Of a stretch of DNA of 64,000 nt, positions 56,306 to 64,000 are shown piece by piece. Position 1 is the stretch's first letter, and the number at the start of each line of letters is the position of its first letter. The position numbers and the translations under genes are program-made. Source of the stretch: an uncultured Planctomycetia bacterium. Its GTDB lineage: Bacteria; Omnitrophota; Gorgyraeia; JABMRG01. Under the pieces are notes generated by a model. It was not told the origin of the DNA. It was given only the letters and a program-made list of their open reading frames with translations, and made no database searches. The stretch covers positions 37,861 to 101,860 of the forward strand of contig CAZWMG010000003.1 of the NCBI GenBank assembly GCA_964634945.1. Direction: 5' to 3'.

Positions 56306-57095
56306 CCTTTAAATGATCCAAAAGATATTTTGCGTAATTTTTAAAGAGATTACCAAAAAATGAAATGTATTTTTTAAATAATACATATTTAGGAACCATG
56401 CCTGAATATTTTCTGATAATAATGTATATTCGTTTAAAAAAAGGAAAGGCCCCTTTTGAAGTATTATTCGCATGCAGTCTATATGTCGCTAGGGGCTCAT
56501 CAACGAAAGCTACCTTATGCTTATAAGCTATTCTGAGCCACAGGTCATAATCCTCTATGGCCATAAGCTTCTTCTCCTCATTAAATAGATACGCATCAGG
56601 AGTTCTTCTGTTTCTTATCATTACCGTCGAACAGGGAAACATATTGTAGGCTAAAAAAAGCTCTTTAAATATATATCCGGACTTGGGGTTAATTGGAGAG
56701 ACCGCTAAGACCTCTCCGCCTTGTTGAACAAAACACTTGGTGTAAACTAAAAAAACATCTCCTTGCCTGTCCATAAGCTCTACCTGCTTTTCAAGTTTTT
56801 GAGCATTCCATAGATCATCGTGATCTAAAAAAGCGATAAACTCACCCACAGAGGCTCTTATCCCTACATTTCTTGATACTGCCGGTCTGCCGCTGTTCTT
56901 ATCGAGCCTGATCAATCTTGTTCTATCATCATCTATACTCTCTATCTTCGCGCATGTATCATCATCTGAACCATCATCAACTATAATCAGCTCCCAATCT
57001 GTAAATGTCTGACTAATAACGGATTTAATCGTATCCTGTATAAAATTCTCACAATTATAGGCTCCTATTACTACTGACACCCGCGGCGCGCTCAC
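56286..57095 (-). CDS. GT2 glycosyltransferase
   Basis: VSVVI.AYN, VDDGS.D, SRNVG, FLDHDD, EDYDLWLR, YRLH. Confidence 0.92.
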   Translation of the reverse strand: MSAPRVSVVIGAYNCENFIQDTIKSVISQTFTDWELIIVDDGSDDDTCAKIESIDDDRTRLIRLDKNSGRPAVSRNVGIRASVGEFIAFLDHDDLWNAQKLEKQVELMDRQGDVFLVYTKCFVQQGGEVLAVSPINPKSGYIFKELFLAYNMFPCSTVMIRNRRTPDAYLFNEEKKLMAIEDYDLWLRIAYKHKVAFVDEPLATYRLHANNTSKGAFPFFKRIYIIIRKYSGMVPKYVLFKKYISFFGNLFKNYAKYLLDHLKGAHEYA

Positions 57096-58000
57096 TGCTT
57101 GGCCTCCTTCATTCTTATCAGTCCTTCGCGCACACCTAAGGGGGATATTCCTAATTCCCGCTTGATCTTGTCTATCTTATAAGTTGTATTGCGCGGCCTC
57201 GGGGCTATTGCAGGAAAAAATGAACTGTCTACGGGCCTTATTCTGCCTTTGTTGAAACCGAATATTTCCGCGGTAATACACGCAAATTCATACCTCGAGA
57301 TCTCATCTCTGCCTCCGGCATGATATATACCTTTTTTATCCATAGCGATTATTTTCCATATTATATCCGCGCAATCACCCGCAAAGAGTGGATTACAAAA
57401 TATATCATCAACCATATTAGTGGACTTATCACCTTTAAGCATATCGATAAGCCAAGTAACGGGATTTTTTCTTTCCACAGGAAGATTCCAACCATACATC
57501 AATATCGCCCGTACAATGCTGTGGTCTAATCCGCTCTCCTTGATCAAAGATTCTTCCTGCAATTTTAGATTTCCATAATAGCTAATAGGGTTTGCTCTAT
57601 CTTCTTCCGCGTAAGGGGGGCTTGTTCCATCAAAAACGGCATTTGAGGATATATATAACAACCTTGCGGCGACTTTCTTGCAGGCATCTATAATATTAGA
57701 TGTGCCGCCTAGGTTTACAGCCTTTGCCTCTTCTTTATTTTTTTCCACATAATCTACACTAGCAAGGGATGCGGCATGAATTATGTAATCAGGTTTTATA
57801 GTTTCCATGATACCAAAAACTGCCTCTTTATCCCTGGTATCAAGATGATATTTTCCACAATTATTTATAATAGCGTCTTTCTTATCAGCAGGAAAAAAGG
57901 AGTATGACGCGTCTACGCCTTCAGGCACAGACCCTACTAAATAGCTACCCAAAAGTCCCGTGCCGCCTGTTATAAATACCTTCTTATTCTTTTTGTACAT
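57092..58000 (-). CDS. RmlD-like NAD(P)-dependent sugar reductase
   Basis: ITGGTGLLG, KPDYIIHAA, YISS..VFDG, YYGNLK, GIYH, APRP. Confidence 0.85.
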   Translation of the reverse strand: MYKKNKKVFITGGTGLLGSYLVGSVPEGVDASYSFFPADKKDAIINNCGKYHLDTRDKEAVFGIMETIKPDYIIHAASLASVDYVEKNKEEAKAVNLGGTSNIIDACKKVAARLLYISSNAVFDGTSPPYAEEDRANPISYYGNLKLQEESLIKESGLDHSIVRAILMYGWNLPVERKNPVTWLIDMLKGDKSTNMVDDIFCNPLFAGDCADIIWKIIAMDKKGIYHAGGRDEISRYEFACITAEIFGFNKGRIRPVDSSFFPAIAPRPRNTTYKIDKIKRELGISPLGVREGLIRMKEAKQ

Positions 58001-58718
58001 TCATATCCTCTGTCAAATTATTTTGGCCTGACAATAAAGATTCGGCGGATGCAAAATCTATTCTAGTATCAATATCTACTGAACGTATACGTGGCATGAG
58101 ATACCCAAGGGTTTTTTTGCCATAAAAAGTTTTGTGTCTCTTAAGAAAATCCCAATACGCTAAATATATAGCGCCGTTTAGTTTGTAAGCATTTGAAATT
58201 CCCTCCTTATCATGCTCGGCAAATAATGGGCTCATGGAATCCTTAAACAGTCCTACTAACAGCGCCTTGCTTTCTATGTCGATACAGTTCTCTGTATGGC
58301 AAACCGATACGATAGCATCTGCTTTTTTCGAAAAAAGAAGTTCTATGGACCTGTCTATATCCTTAACAAGCCTTAAAGGTGAGGTCGGCTGCAATAAGAT
58401 TAATATATCAAAATTTTCATTATTATTCTCCACCCAATCCATAGCATGCAAAACAAGGCTTATTGACTTTGAGTTATCAGCAGCCAGTTCCTTAGGGCGT
58501 AAAAAGGGTACTTCCGCGCCGCACTCCTTAGCAACTAAAGCTATCTCCTTGTCATCCGTTGAAACAATAACTCTATCAATATAGGTGCTTATTTTTGCCT
58601 GTTCAACTGTCCAGCCAATCAATGGTTTTCCTAGCAGTAATCTTATATTTTTACGAGGCAACCTTTTGCTGCCACCCCTTGCAGGAATTAAGGCTAATAT
58701 TTTTTTATTTTCATACAT
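57984..58718 (-). CDS. neuA: CMP-nonulosonate synthetase (NeuA/LegF/PtmB-like)
   Basis: IPARGGSKRLPRKNI, VSTDD, PFLRP..LA.D, LQPTSPLR, NGAIY, SVDIDT. Confidence 0.92.
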   Translation of the reverse strand: MYENKKILALIPARGGSKRLPRKNIRLLLGKPLIGWTVEQAKISTYIDRVIVSTDDKEIALVAKECGAEVPFLRPKELAADNSKSISLVLHAMDWVENNNENFDILILLQPTSPLRLVKDIDRSIELLFSKKADAIVSVCHTENCIDIESKALLVGLFKDSMSPLFAEHDKEGISNAYKLNGAIYLAYWDFLKRHKTFYGKKTLGYLMPRIRSVDIDTRIDFASAESLLSGQNNLTEDMNVQKE

Positions 58719-58730
58719 ATTGTCGCCGCA

Positions 58731-59804
58731 TTATTTAAGCATCTGTATTTTTTCCAAGGCCTTTTTGTACTCTTCCCATTGACCGATATCAATATACGAT
58801 TTCTCTGATGCTGGATACACCCCTATATTCTCACCTTTTTTCAAAAGAACCTGCATAAGGTCTGTCATGTCAAAATATTTGTTCTTAGGGATAAAATCCA
58901 AGGCCTTCTTTGATAAGACGTACACACCTGTATTTATGGTAATATCAAACTCCGGTTTTTCCTGAATCCTATCTATCTTGCCGTCTTTTCCAAAATCAAT
59001 AACACCATATGGTATTTTGTGATATTGCATAGAACCCACAACTGTTAATATGTAGTTATTTTCACCATGAAAGTTCACTAGATCACTATAATCTATATCT
59101 ACCACAATATCGCTGTTTGATACTATAAAACTGCTATTAGGAATTGGCGATATAAGCTTAAGTCCTCCTGCAGTACCTAAGAACTCTTCTTCCCAAACGC
59201 ATTTTATATTGTAGGGCCTCTTATTGTTGCTATTTAAATAGCTCTCAATCATTTCACCTTTGTAATTAAGCGTAACAAAAAAATTATCCACACTGTGTTT
59301 TCTGAATTTTTCAATAATTATTTCCAGTATGGGCTTATCGCCGATTGGCATAAGCGGCTTTGGAAATATATTTGTAAATGGGCCCAACCTCTCTCCTTTT
59401 CCTCCGGCCATGATTACTACGGGAATGTCCACCTTTTTAGATAAGGCTTTAGCATCCTCAAATATGTCTGTCCACCATAGGACATTGACAATATTTTTTT
59501 TCTCATCAACAACAGGAATGACTTCCAGCGTCTTTTCCAGCATAAGTTGCTTCGCATCATCTTTAGTATAACTACCATCCATAAAAAATGTTGGGTTACT
59601 ATTAAAACAAGACGCTATTTCTTCCTGCAGATTACCTGTTTTTAGTATCCATCTTCTTATATCGCCATCTGTCAGCGAACCTATTAAAGAACCTTTTTCA
59701 TCACAAACAAACAATATAGCAAATCCAGTCTCTCCGATCTTTTTTAACGCATTTTTTATTGAGGCGCTGGGCAAGATCTTAATCTTATTTACTATATCAT
59801 TCAT
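58731..59804 (-). CDS. CBS-domain nucleotidyltransferase (PtmE-like, GDP-route legionaminic acid pathway)
   Basis: N-terminal CBS pair (LTDGDIRR), VIMAGGKGERL.P..PKP, LGTAG, INTGVY, DIGQ. Confidence 0.9.
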   Translation of the reverse strand: MNDIVNKIKILPSASIKNALKKIGETGFAILFVCDEKGSLIGSLTDGDIRRWILKTGNLQEEIASCFNSNPTFFMDGSYTKDDAKQLMLEKTLEVIPVVDEKKNIVNVLWWTDIFEDAKALSKKVDIPVVIMAGGKGERLGPFTNIFPKPLMPIGDKPILEIIIEKFRKHSVDNFFVTLNYKGEMIESYLNSNNKRPYNIKCVWEEEFLGTAGGLKLISPIPNSSFIVSNSDIVVDIDYSDLVNFHGENNYILTVVGSMQYHKIPYGVIDFGKDGKIDRIQEKPEFDITINTGVYVLSKKALDFIPKNKYFDMTDLMQVLLKKGENIGVYPASEKSYIDIGQWEEYKKALEKIQMLK

Positions 59805-59813
59805 GTTCTTCTC

Positions 59814-60989
59814 CTAAACTTTTGCATATTCCGGTTCTCTTGCTGATCTCTGCCACAATGGGTCTTTCAGCTTCCATTGTCTATTATTATCTTTCTCAAA
59901 GATATCCTTGTTATAGAACTTATCAATAATATTCCAAAACTGACTGCGTGAATAACCTGCAAAATCTACAAAGTCATCTACAGCTTTAGGATCGAGTGCG
60001 TGATCGTGTTTTTTGACTAATTCAATAGCTTCTTGCCTGGTGATCATACCATACCTGATAAATCTAGAGAGATAATCTGTGGCAGAGGCATGCCCGAACT
60101 TCGGATACTTCATCCAGGCATGAACAAGATATGCCCTGGTATCTACTGAATCAAAGTCTTCAACATGGTGCTGTCTTTTCCATTCATGGGTCAAGTCTTT
60201 AAAACCTCTCTTCTTAGCAAAAATATAATTCCTGTAACTATTCCATTTTATAAAATAACTCAAATATATTGGTTCGAGTTTTTCTTGTTCGAGCTCTTTT
60301 TTAGAGGGGTAGATGCAAAGCCCCATATCTTTCATCTCAACGCCATTTCCTAATAACACATCCCAGGAGATATCTGAGGCTACATCATTGTTCACCTGAT
60401 CTTTTGCAGAATACGCCTCACTGTTTTGGGAGCCGCCATATTCGTAGTTTACATTCTCGCCATATATTAAAAAAGGAATCGAAAATTTTATCGCCATGTG
60501 GACAGGGTATGTATAGATTAAACGATCAATGTACCATGTAGGTTTTCCATATTTCTCAAAGGTCTTACGCATAAGTATCTTCTGTGCTCTAATATTAGGT
60601 TTTAGGCTGATAATATCGCAGCCGAACTCTTCGGAGATGTTTTTAATATTATGCTTACCTGCCTCTGGCATAGGAAAATTATCCTCTACTGAGACAAGCA
60701 AGGGGTTCATTCCCAAGCGCTCCTTCATAATATGGACCTGAAAATGGCTATCCTTGCCACCGCTTACCGCTATCATGCAGTCGTAGCCATCCTTTCCTGT
60801 GTTTCTATATTTATCGCAGAGCTTTTCCAGCTCTGTAAAACGCGTATCCCAATCAACCTTATCCTTTATCTCCTCAGCACGGCATCCAGCGCATATCCCT
60901 TCTTCATCAATAACAATTCCTGGGCGCGAGGAGGGCATAACACACTTTTTACAGTATTTCATTACATCTCCTTTCGTATCTAAATACAC
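59814..60989 (-). CDS. N-acetyl sugar amidotransferase (WbuX/PseA/PtmG family)
   Basis: YCKKC..P.SRP...C.GC, PP-loop VSGGKDS, YGEN..EYGG, KYPKFG. Confidence 0.92.
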   Translation of the reverse strand: MYLDTKGDVMKYCKKCVMPSSRPGIVIDEEGICAGCRAEEIKDKVDWDTRFTELEKLCDKYRNTGKDGYDCMIAVSGGKDSHFQVHIMKERLGMNPLLVSVEDNFPMPEAGKHNIKNISEEFGCDIISLKPNIRAQKILMRKTFEKYGKPTWYIDRLIYTYPVHMAIKFSIPFLIYGENVNYEYGGSQNSEAYSAKDQVNNDVASDISWDVLLGNGVEMKDMGLCIYPSKKELEQEKLEPIYLSYFIKWNSYRNYIFAKKRGFKDLTHEWKRQHHVEDFDSVDTRAYLVHAWMKYPKFGHASATDYLSRFIRYGMITRQEAIELVKKHDHALDPKAVDDFVDFAGYSRSQFWNIIDKFYNKDIFEKDNNRQWKLKDPLWQRSAREPEYAKV

Positions 60990-62179
60990 TTAGAAAAATT
61001 AATATTCAAGTCAAAAAAACTTTTTTCCATAGAGGCAAAATTTGTCTTACGAACAATATTTACTATTCTTTGAGCGGTCTTTCCATCCCCATAAGGATTT
61101 GCTATTTTTTTACAAGAGTCTTTAAAATTCCTAGATAATGCCTTTTTAAAAGCGCTCTTTATAGATTTAATATCTGCTGCGGAATCGATGACCGAGGCTG
61201 CCCTTATTCGTCCTTTCTGCCTATTGCCTATGTTTACAGTAGGGATACCAAAAGCCGGCACTTCTACTAGGCCGCTTGAAGAATTACCAGCTACAATATC
61301 CATAAACCCAAGAGCGCTCAGATATAACAACTTACCCATGGACATAATAAAAATGGATTGCTTTTTGTTTTTTTTCACATACTTTTCTATGATGCGACTT
61401 ATCGTATGCGAGTACATATCAGGGTTAGGTTTTGTAAATATAATCTTAGAATCCGGAATTCCCTTTAATGCCTTTAGCAAGTTTTTAACGTGGCCTTCCT
61501 GCGAGGACCTTGATTCGGAAGTTGATGGGTTAAATGTTACCATTATATTATTTTTACCTAATTTAAATCCTATTCTCTTCTCAAGAGACTCTTTATCTAA
61601 TAATTTTGTATTACGAATATTGTCCAGTGCTAAAGCGCCTACGCTAAAAATTCTTTTTGGGCTCTCGCCCATTTGTATTATTCTTCTTCTATATGTATCT
61701 GTTGACACGAAATGTAGATACGATAACTTTGTAATCGCGTGCCTTATACCATCATCCAGTGAGCCTTCTGTTACTTCTCCTCCCGCAATATGCGCTATAG
61801 GAATCTTAAGAAGATAACAGGCCATGGCAGCAGCAAATGTCTCGAATCTATCGCCAAGCAAAAAGACCACATTCGGTTTTAGCATTTTCAACGCCTTAGC
61901 GAGTCCTGTTATCCCTAAACTAACGGATTTCGCTATCGACTCCTCTGTATCTCCGCCAAAAAGCGTTCTTACCTTTGAGTTTATGTTAAATCCGTCTCGT
62001 TCTATCTCTCTATAGGTTAAGCCAAAATTACGGGATAGGTGGGCGCCTGTTGCTAATATCTGAAGGGTCAAAAAACCCCTATTAATTTTTATGGATTTAG
62101 CTAGCGGGTAAAACTGGCCCCACTCTGCCCTTGAACCTGTAATAATACATGTCTTCTTTTTTTGGATCTTCATCCTCAT
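60980..62179 (-). CDS. neuC: Hydrolysing NDP-HexNAc 2-epimerase (NeuC/LegG)
   Basis: TGSRAEWG, TGAHLS, LGDRFE, HIAGGE, RHAITK, GNSSSG, GNRQKGR, NPYGDG. Confidence 0.95.
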   Translation of the reverse strand: MRMKIQKKKTCIITGSRAEWGQFYPLAKSIKINRGFLTLQILATGAHLSRNFGLTYREIERDGFNINSKVRTLFGGDTEESIAKSVSLGITGLAKALKMLKPNVVFLLGDRFETFAAAMACYLLKIPIAHIAGGEVTEGSLDDGIRHAITKLSYLHFVSTDTYRRRIIQMGESPKRIFSVGALALDNIRNTKLLDKESLEKRIGFKLGKNNIMVTFNPSTSESRSSQEGHVKNLLKALKGIPDSKIIFTKPNPDMYSHTISRIIEKYVKKNKKQSIFIMSMGKLLYLSALGFMDIVAGNSSSGLVEVPAFGIPTVNIGNRQKGRIRAASVIDSAADIKSIKSAFKKALSRNFKDSCKKIANPYGDGKTAQRIVNIVRKTNFASMEKSFFDLNINFSKCI

Positions 62180-62202
62180 TATAATAATGGCCCTCTACAT
62201 TT

Positions 62203-63705
62203 CTAAGTAGGCTGCTTCTGGGTACTCTTTAACCATATATCCTTATACCTAAAAGGGATATTGCGTGGAAGCCCTGAAGCTTCTCTCTTTTCTTTTAGAT
62301 AGTCACGACATCTCTTCTTAAACTTTATTAATTCATCGATAGATAAATTATGGGGCTTAAAATGAGGGTAACCTGAATCAAGATGCAAGTCTGTAATATT
62401 AACATAATCGTCAACGTTATGCGCAAGCAGATTATGGCTTTTGCAATAATCGAATAATTCTGTACCGGGATAGGGTGTCGCAAAGTTTGATGAAAAATTA
62501 TCAAGAGGCAAGGTTGTCATCATATTATATGTTTCTTCGAGGGTTTCACGCGTCTCCTCAGGCATGCCTATAATAAAATAAGCTGTTAAAAAAAGATGTT
62601 TATGCTCTATACAGGCTTCGCAAGCTTCGTATATCTTAGCTGTAGGGAGGTTCTTCTTCATTACTTTATTTCTTATATACTCGGAACCGCTTTCAATGGC
62701 AATATTTATCCTGACCATGCCTGCGTTGACCAAAGCACTTACAACATCTTTATCCAATCTATTTATCGCGATCCCATTCGGAGCATCAAATTGAATTTCC
62801 ATCTTTCGTTTCACAATTCCTTCACATATTTCTATAATTCGCCTCTTGTCAAATGTAACATTATCATCCATGAATTCAAAGTAGCGAACATTGTAATCGT
62901 TATACAATTTCTCCATCTCTTCTAAGACGTTACCTGAGGATCTGTGCCTAAACCTTAAACCGTGCACTAACCACATACTGCAGAAAGTACAGCGTTGCGG
63001 ACAACTTCTACTTGAAATAACAGTAAAAGGCTGTCCAACCGCTATGCCTTTTGGGGAATACCAGCCGGAAGTATCCATGTTCTTATATGCTCCCATATCC
63101 AGTATGCTATAATCTATAGAAGGCAACTCATCCAGATTATCGATAAATTTAGTTTTTGGATTCAGGATTACCCTGCCTTTTTTTCTAAATGCGATACCAT
63201 CGATGAGCTCAAAGTCGTTGTTATCATTAACCAGTGACGTAATCAATTCCAGAAATGTAAACTCGCCTTCGCCTATAATTACATAATCAATGCAATTGTA
63301 TTTTTCTAAAATATCTTTTGAAAATACAGTAGGATGCATCCCGCCTATCACAATAGGTATTTCGGGGAAATTTTTCTTTATATTATTCGCTATTATTTTG
63401 AGATTTTGAAATGCCCCTGAAAATGTGCACCCCAAGCCTATTATGTTGGGCCTGTAATCATCAATAGCGGATAAGAGCTGGTTATTAAAATAATCATTCA
63501 ACTCATCCGCACTTGGGCTCTCCGTATGATTATAGTAGTGATTATTGACATCAATAAGCTTGACATCTATATCGTTCTTCTTTAGCATTGTACCCAAAGA
63601 TAGAAGCCCAAGAGGGAAAAAGTTATCCGGATTAAACTCATTTCTTGATGTAGGCAAATTGAAAAGCATTACCTTTGTCTCTGCGTTTAACATTTTGCCT
63701 CCCAT
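62203..63705 (-). CDS. Cobalamin-binding radical SAM enzyme
   Basis: PLGLLSL, IGGMHPT, GEGE, SRSCPQRCTFC, MDDN, IESGS, PYPGTEL. Confidence 0.93.
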   Translation of the reverse strand: MGGKMLNAETKVMLFNLPTSRNEFNPDNFFPLGLLSLGTMLKKNDIDVKLIDVNNHYYNHTESPSADELNDYFNNQLLSAIDDYRPNIIGLGCTFSGAFQNLKIIANNIKKNFPEIPIVIGGMHPTVFSKDILEKYNCIDYVIIGEGEFTFLELITSLVNDNNDFELIDGIAFRKKGRVILNPKTKFIDNLDELPSIDYSILDMGAYKNMDTSGWYSPKGIAVGQPFTVISSRSCPQRCTFCSMWLVHGLRFRHRSSGNVLEEMEKLYNDYNVRYFEFMDDNVTFDKRRIIEICEGIVKRKMEIQFDAPNGIAINRLDKDVVSALVNAGMVRINIAIESGSEYIRNKVMKKNLPTAKIYEACEACIEHKHLFLTAYFIIGMPEETRETLEETYNMMTTLPLDNFSSNFATPYPGTELFDYCKSHNLLAHNVDDYVNITDLHLDSGYPHFKPHNLSIDELIKFKKRCRDYLKEKREASGLPRNIPFRYKDIWLKSTQKQPT

Positions 63706-64000
63706 CTATTGCTCGTAATTTTACGCGCTAAGTCAACAACGCTCTGATTTTCTTTAACATCAGCGAATACTGTTGTCCCAATGCCGATGACCGTATTTCT
63801 GCCTATGGTAATACCTTGACTTAGAATAGCTCCGGAACCTATAATACAGCTATCCTTAACAATGCAATTACCATTGACTGTTGCTGAAGGCATAATCGAC
63901 GCATAATCTCCGATATCTGTATCATGGCCTAACATAACGTTATAAAGCAACGAAACGCATTTACCTAATCGCACGTTAAAACTGATATTTACACTCGGGT
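63687..64000 (-). CDS. NeuD/PglD/LegH-like hexapeptide-repeat acetyltransferase (partial, begins beyond right edge)
   Basis: The frame is open to the window end (PSVNISFNVRLGKC...). Left-handed beta-helix repeats LGHDTDIGDY...IIGSGA...TIGRNTVIGIG. Confidence 0.85.
   Translation of the reverse strand, partial: PSVNISFNVRLGKCVSLLYNVMLGHDTDIGDYASIMPSATVNGNCIVKDSCIIGSGAILSQGITIGRNTVIGIGTTVFADVKENQSVVDLARKITSNRWEAKC

Noticed and set aside
673-62925. Numerous 60-209-aa alternative-frame or antisense ORFs (e.g. 8579-9199, 15121-15489, 61188-61817)
   Set aside because: They lie within or opposite well-supported genes, lack recognisable motifs, and look like shadow ORFs.
1-64000. rRNA, tRNA, riboswitch (including cobalamin), IS elements, Rho-independent terminators
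   Set aside because: Intergenic gaps are mostly under 60 bp and none showed these signatures by eye. A covariance-model scan would be needed to exclude small RNAs.

Overview
This is an AT-rich, gene-dense bacterial window, almost all of it one large surface-glycan biosynthesis and tailoring region. About 53 CDS lie on the minus strand, many translationally coupled, and a 3-gene plus-strand islet sits at 34.9-38.2 kb. In the direction of transcription (right to left) the blocks are: (i) a legionaminic-acid-type cassette (NeuD/LegH-like, NeuC/LegG, WbuX/PtmG-like, CBS-nucleotidyltransferase, NeuA/LegF) with a B12-radical SAM gene inside it; (ii) an HpcH aldolase/KdsB-like/methyltransferase/2-hydroxyacid dehydrogenase/cyclase/HAD/epimerase cassette; (iii) a Wzy/WbpL/PglF/WaaL O-antigen-type core; (iv) APS kinase plus an SxtI-SxtJ-SxtK-like carbamoylation trio and a pair of epimerases; (v) a ~20 kb block with six GT-C-fold membrane glycosyltransferases, four DPM/ALG5-like GT2s, three B12-radical SAMs, a SPASM/twitch radical SAM, a flavoprotein and an unannotated 40-aa membrane peptide; (vi) a separately promoted, non-canonical NeuB cassette led by a small Xis/BldC-like HTH gene and containing a DUF692-like metalloenzyme. 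I found no rRNA, tRNA, CRISPR array or transposase. Gene content suggests a diderm anaerobe, possibly Omnitrophota/PVC-like, but that is inference only. All family calls come from motif reading by eye; no database searches were run.
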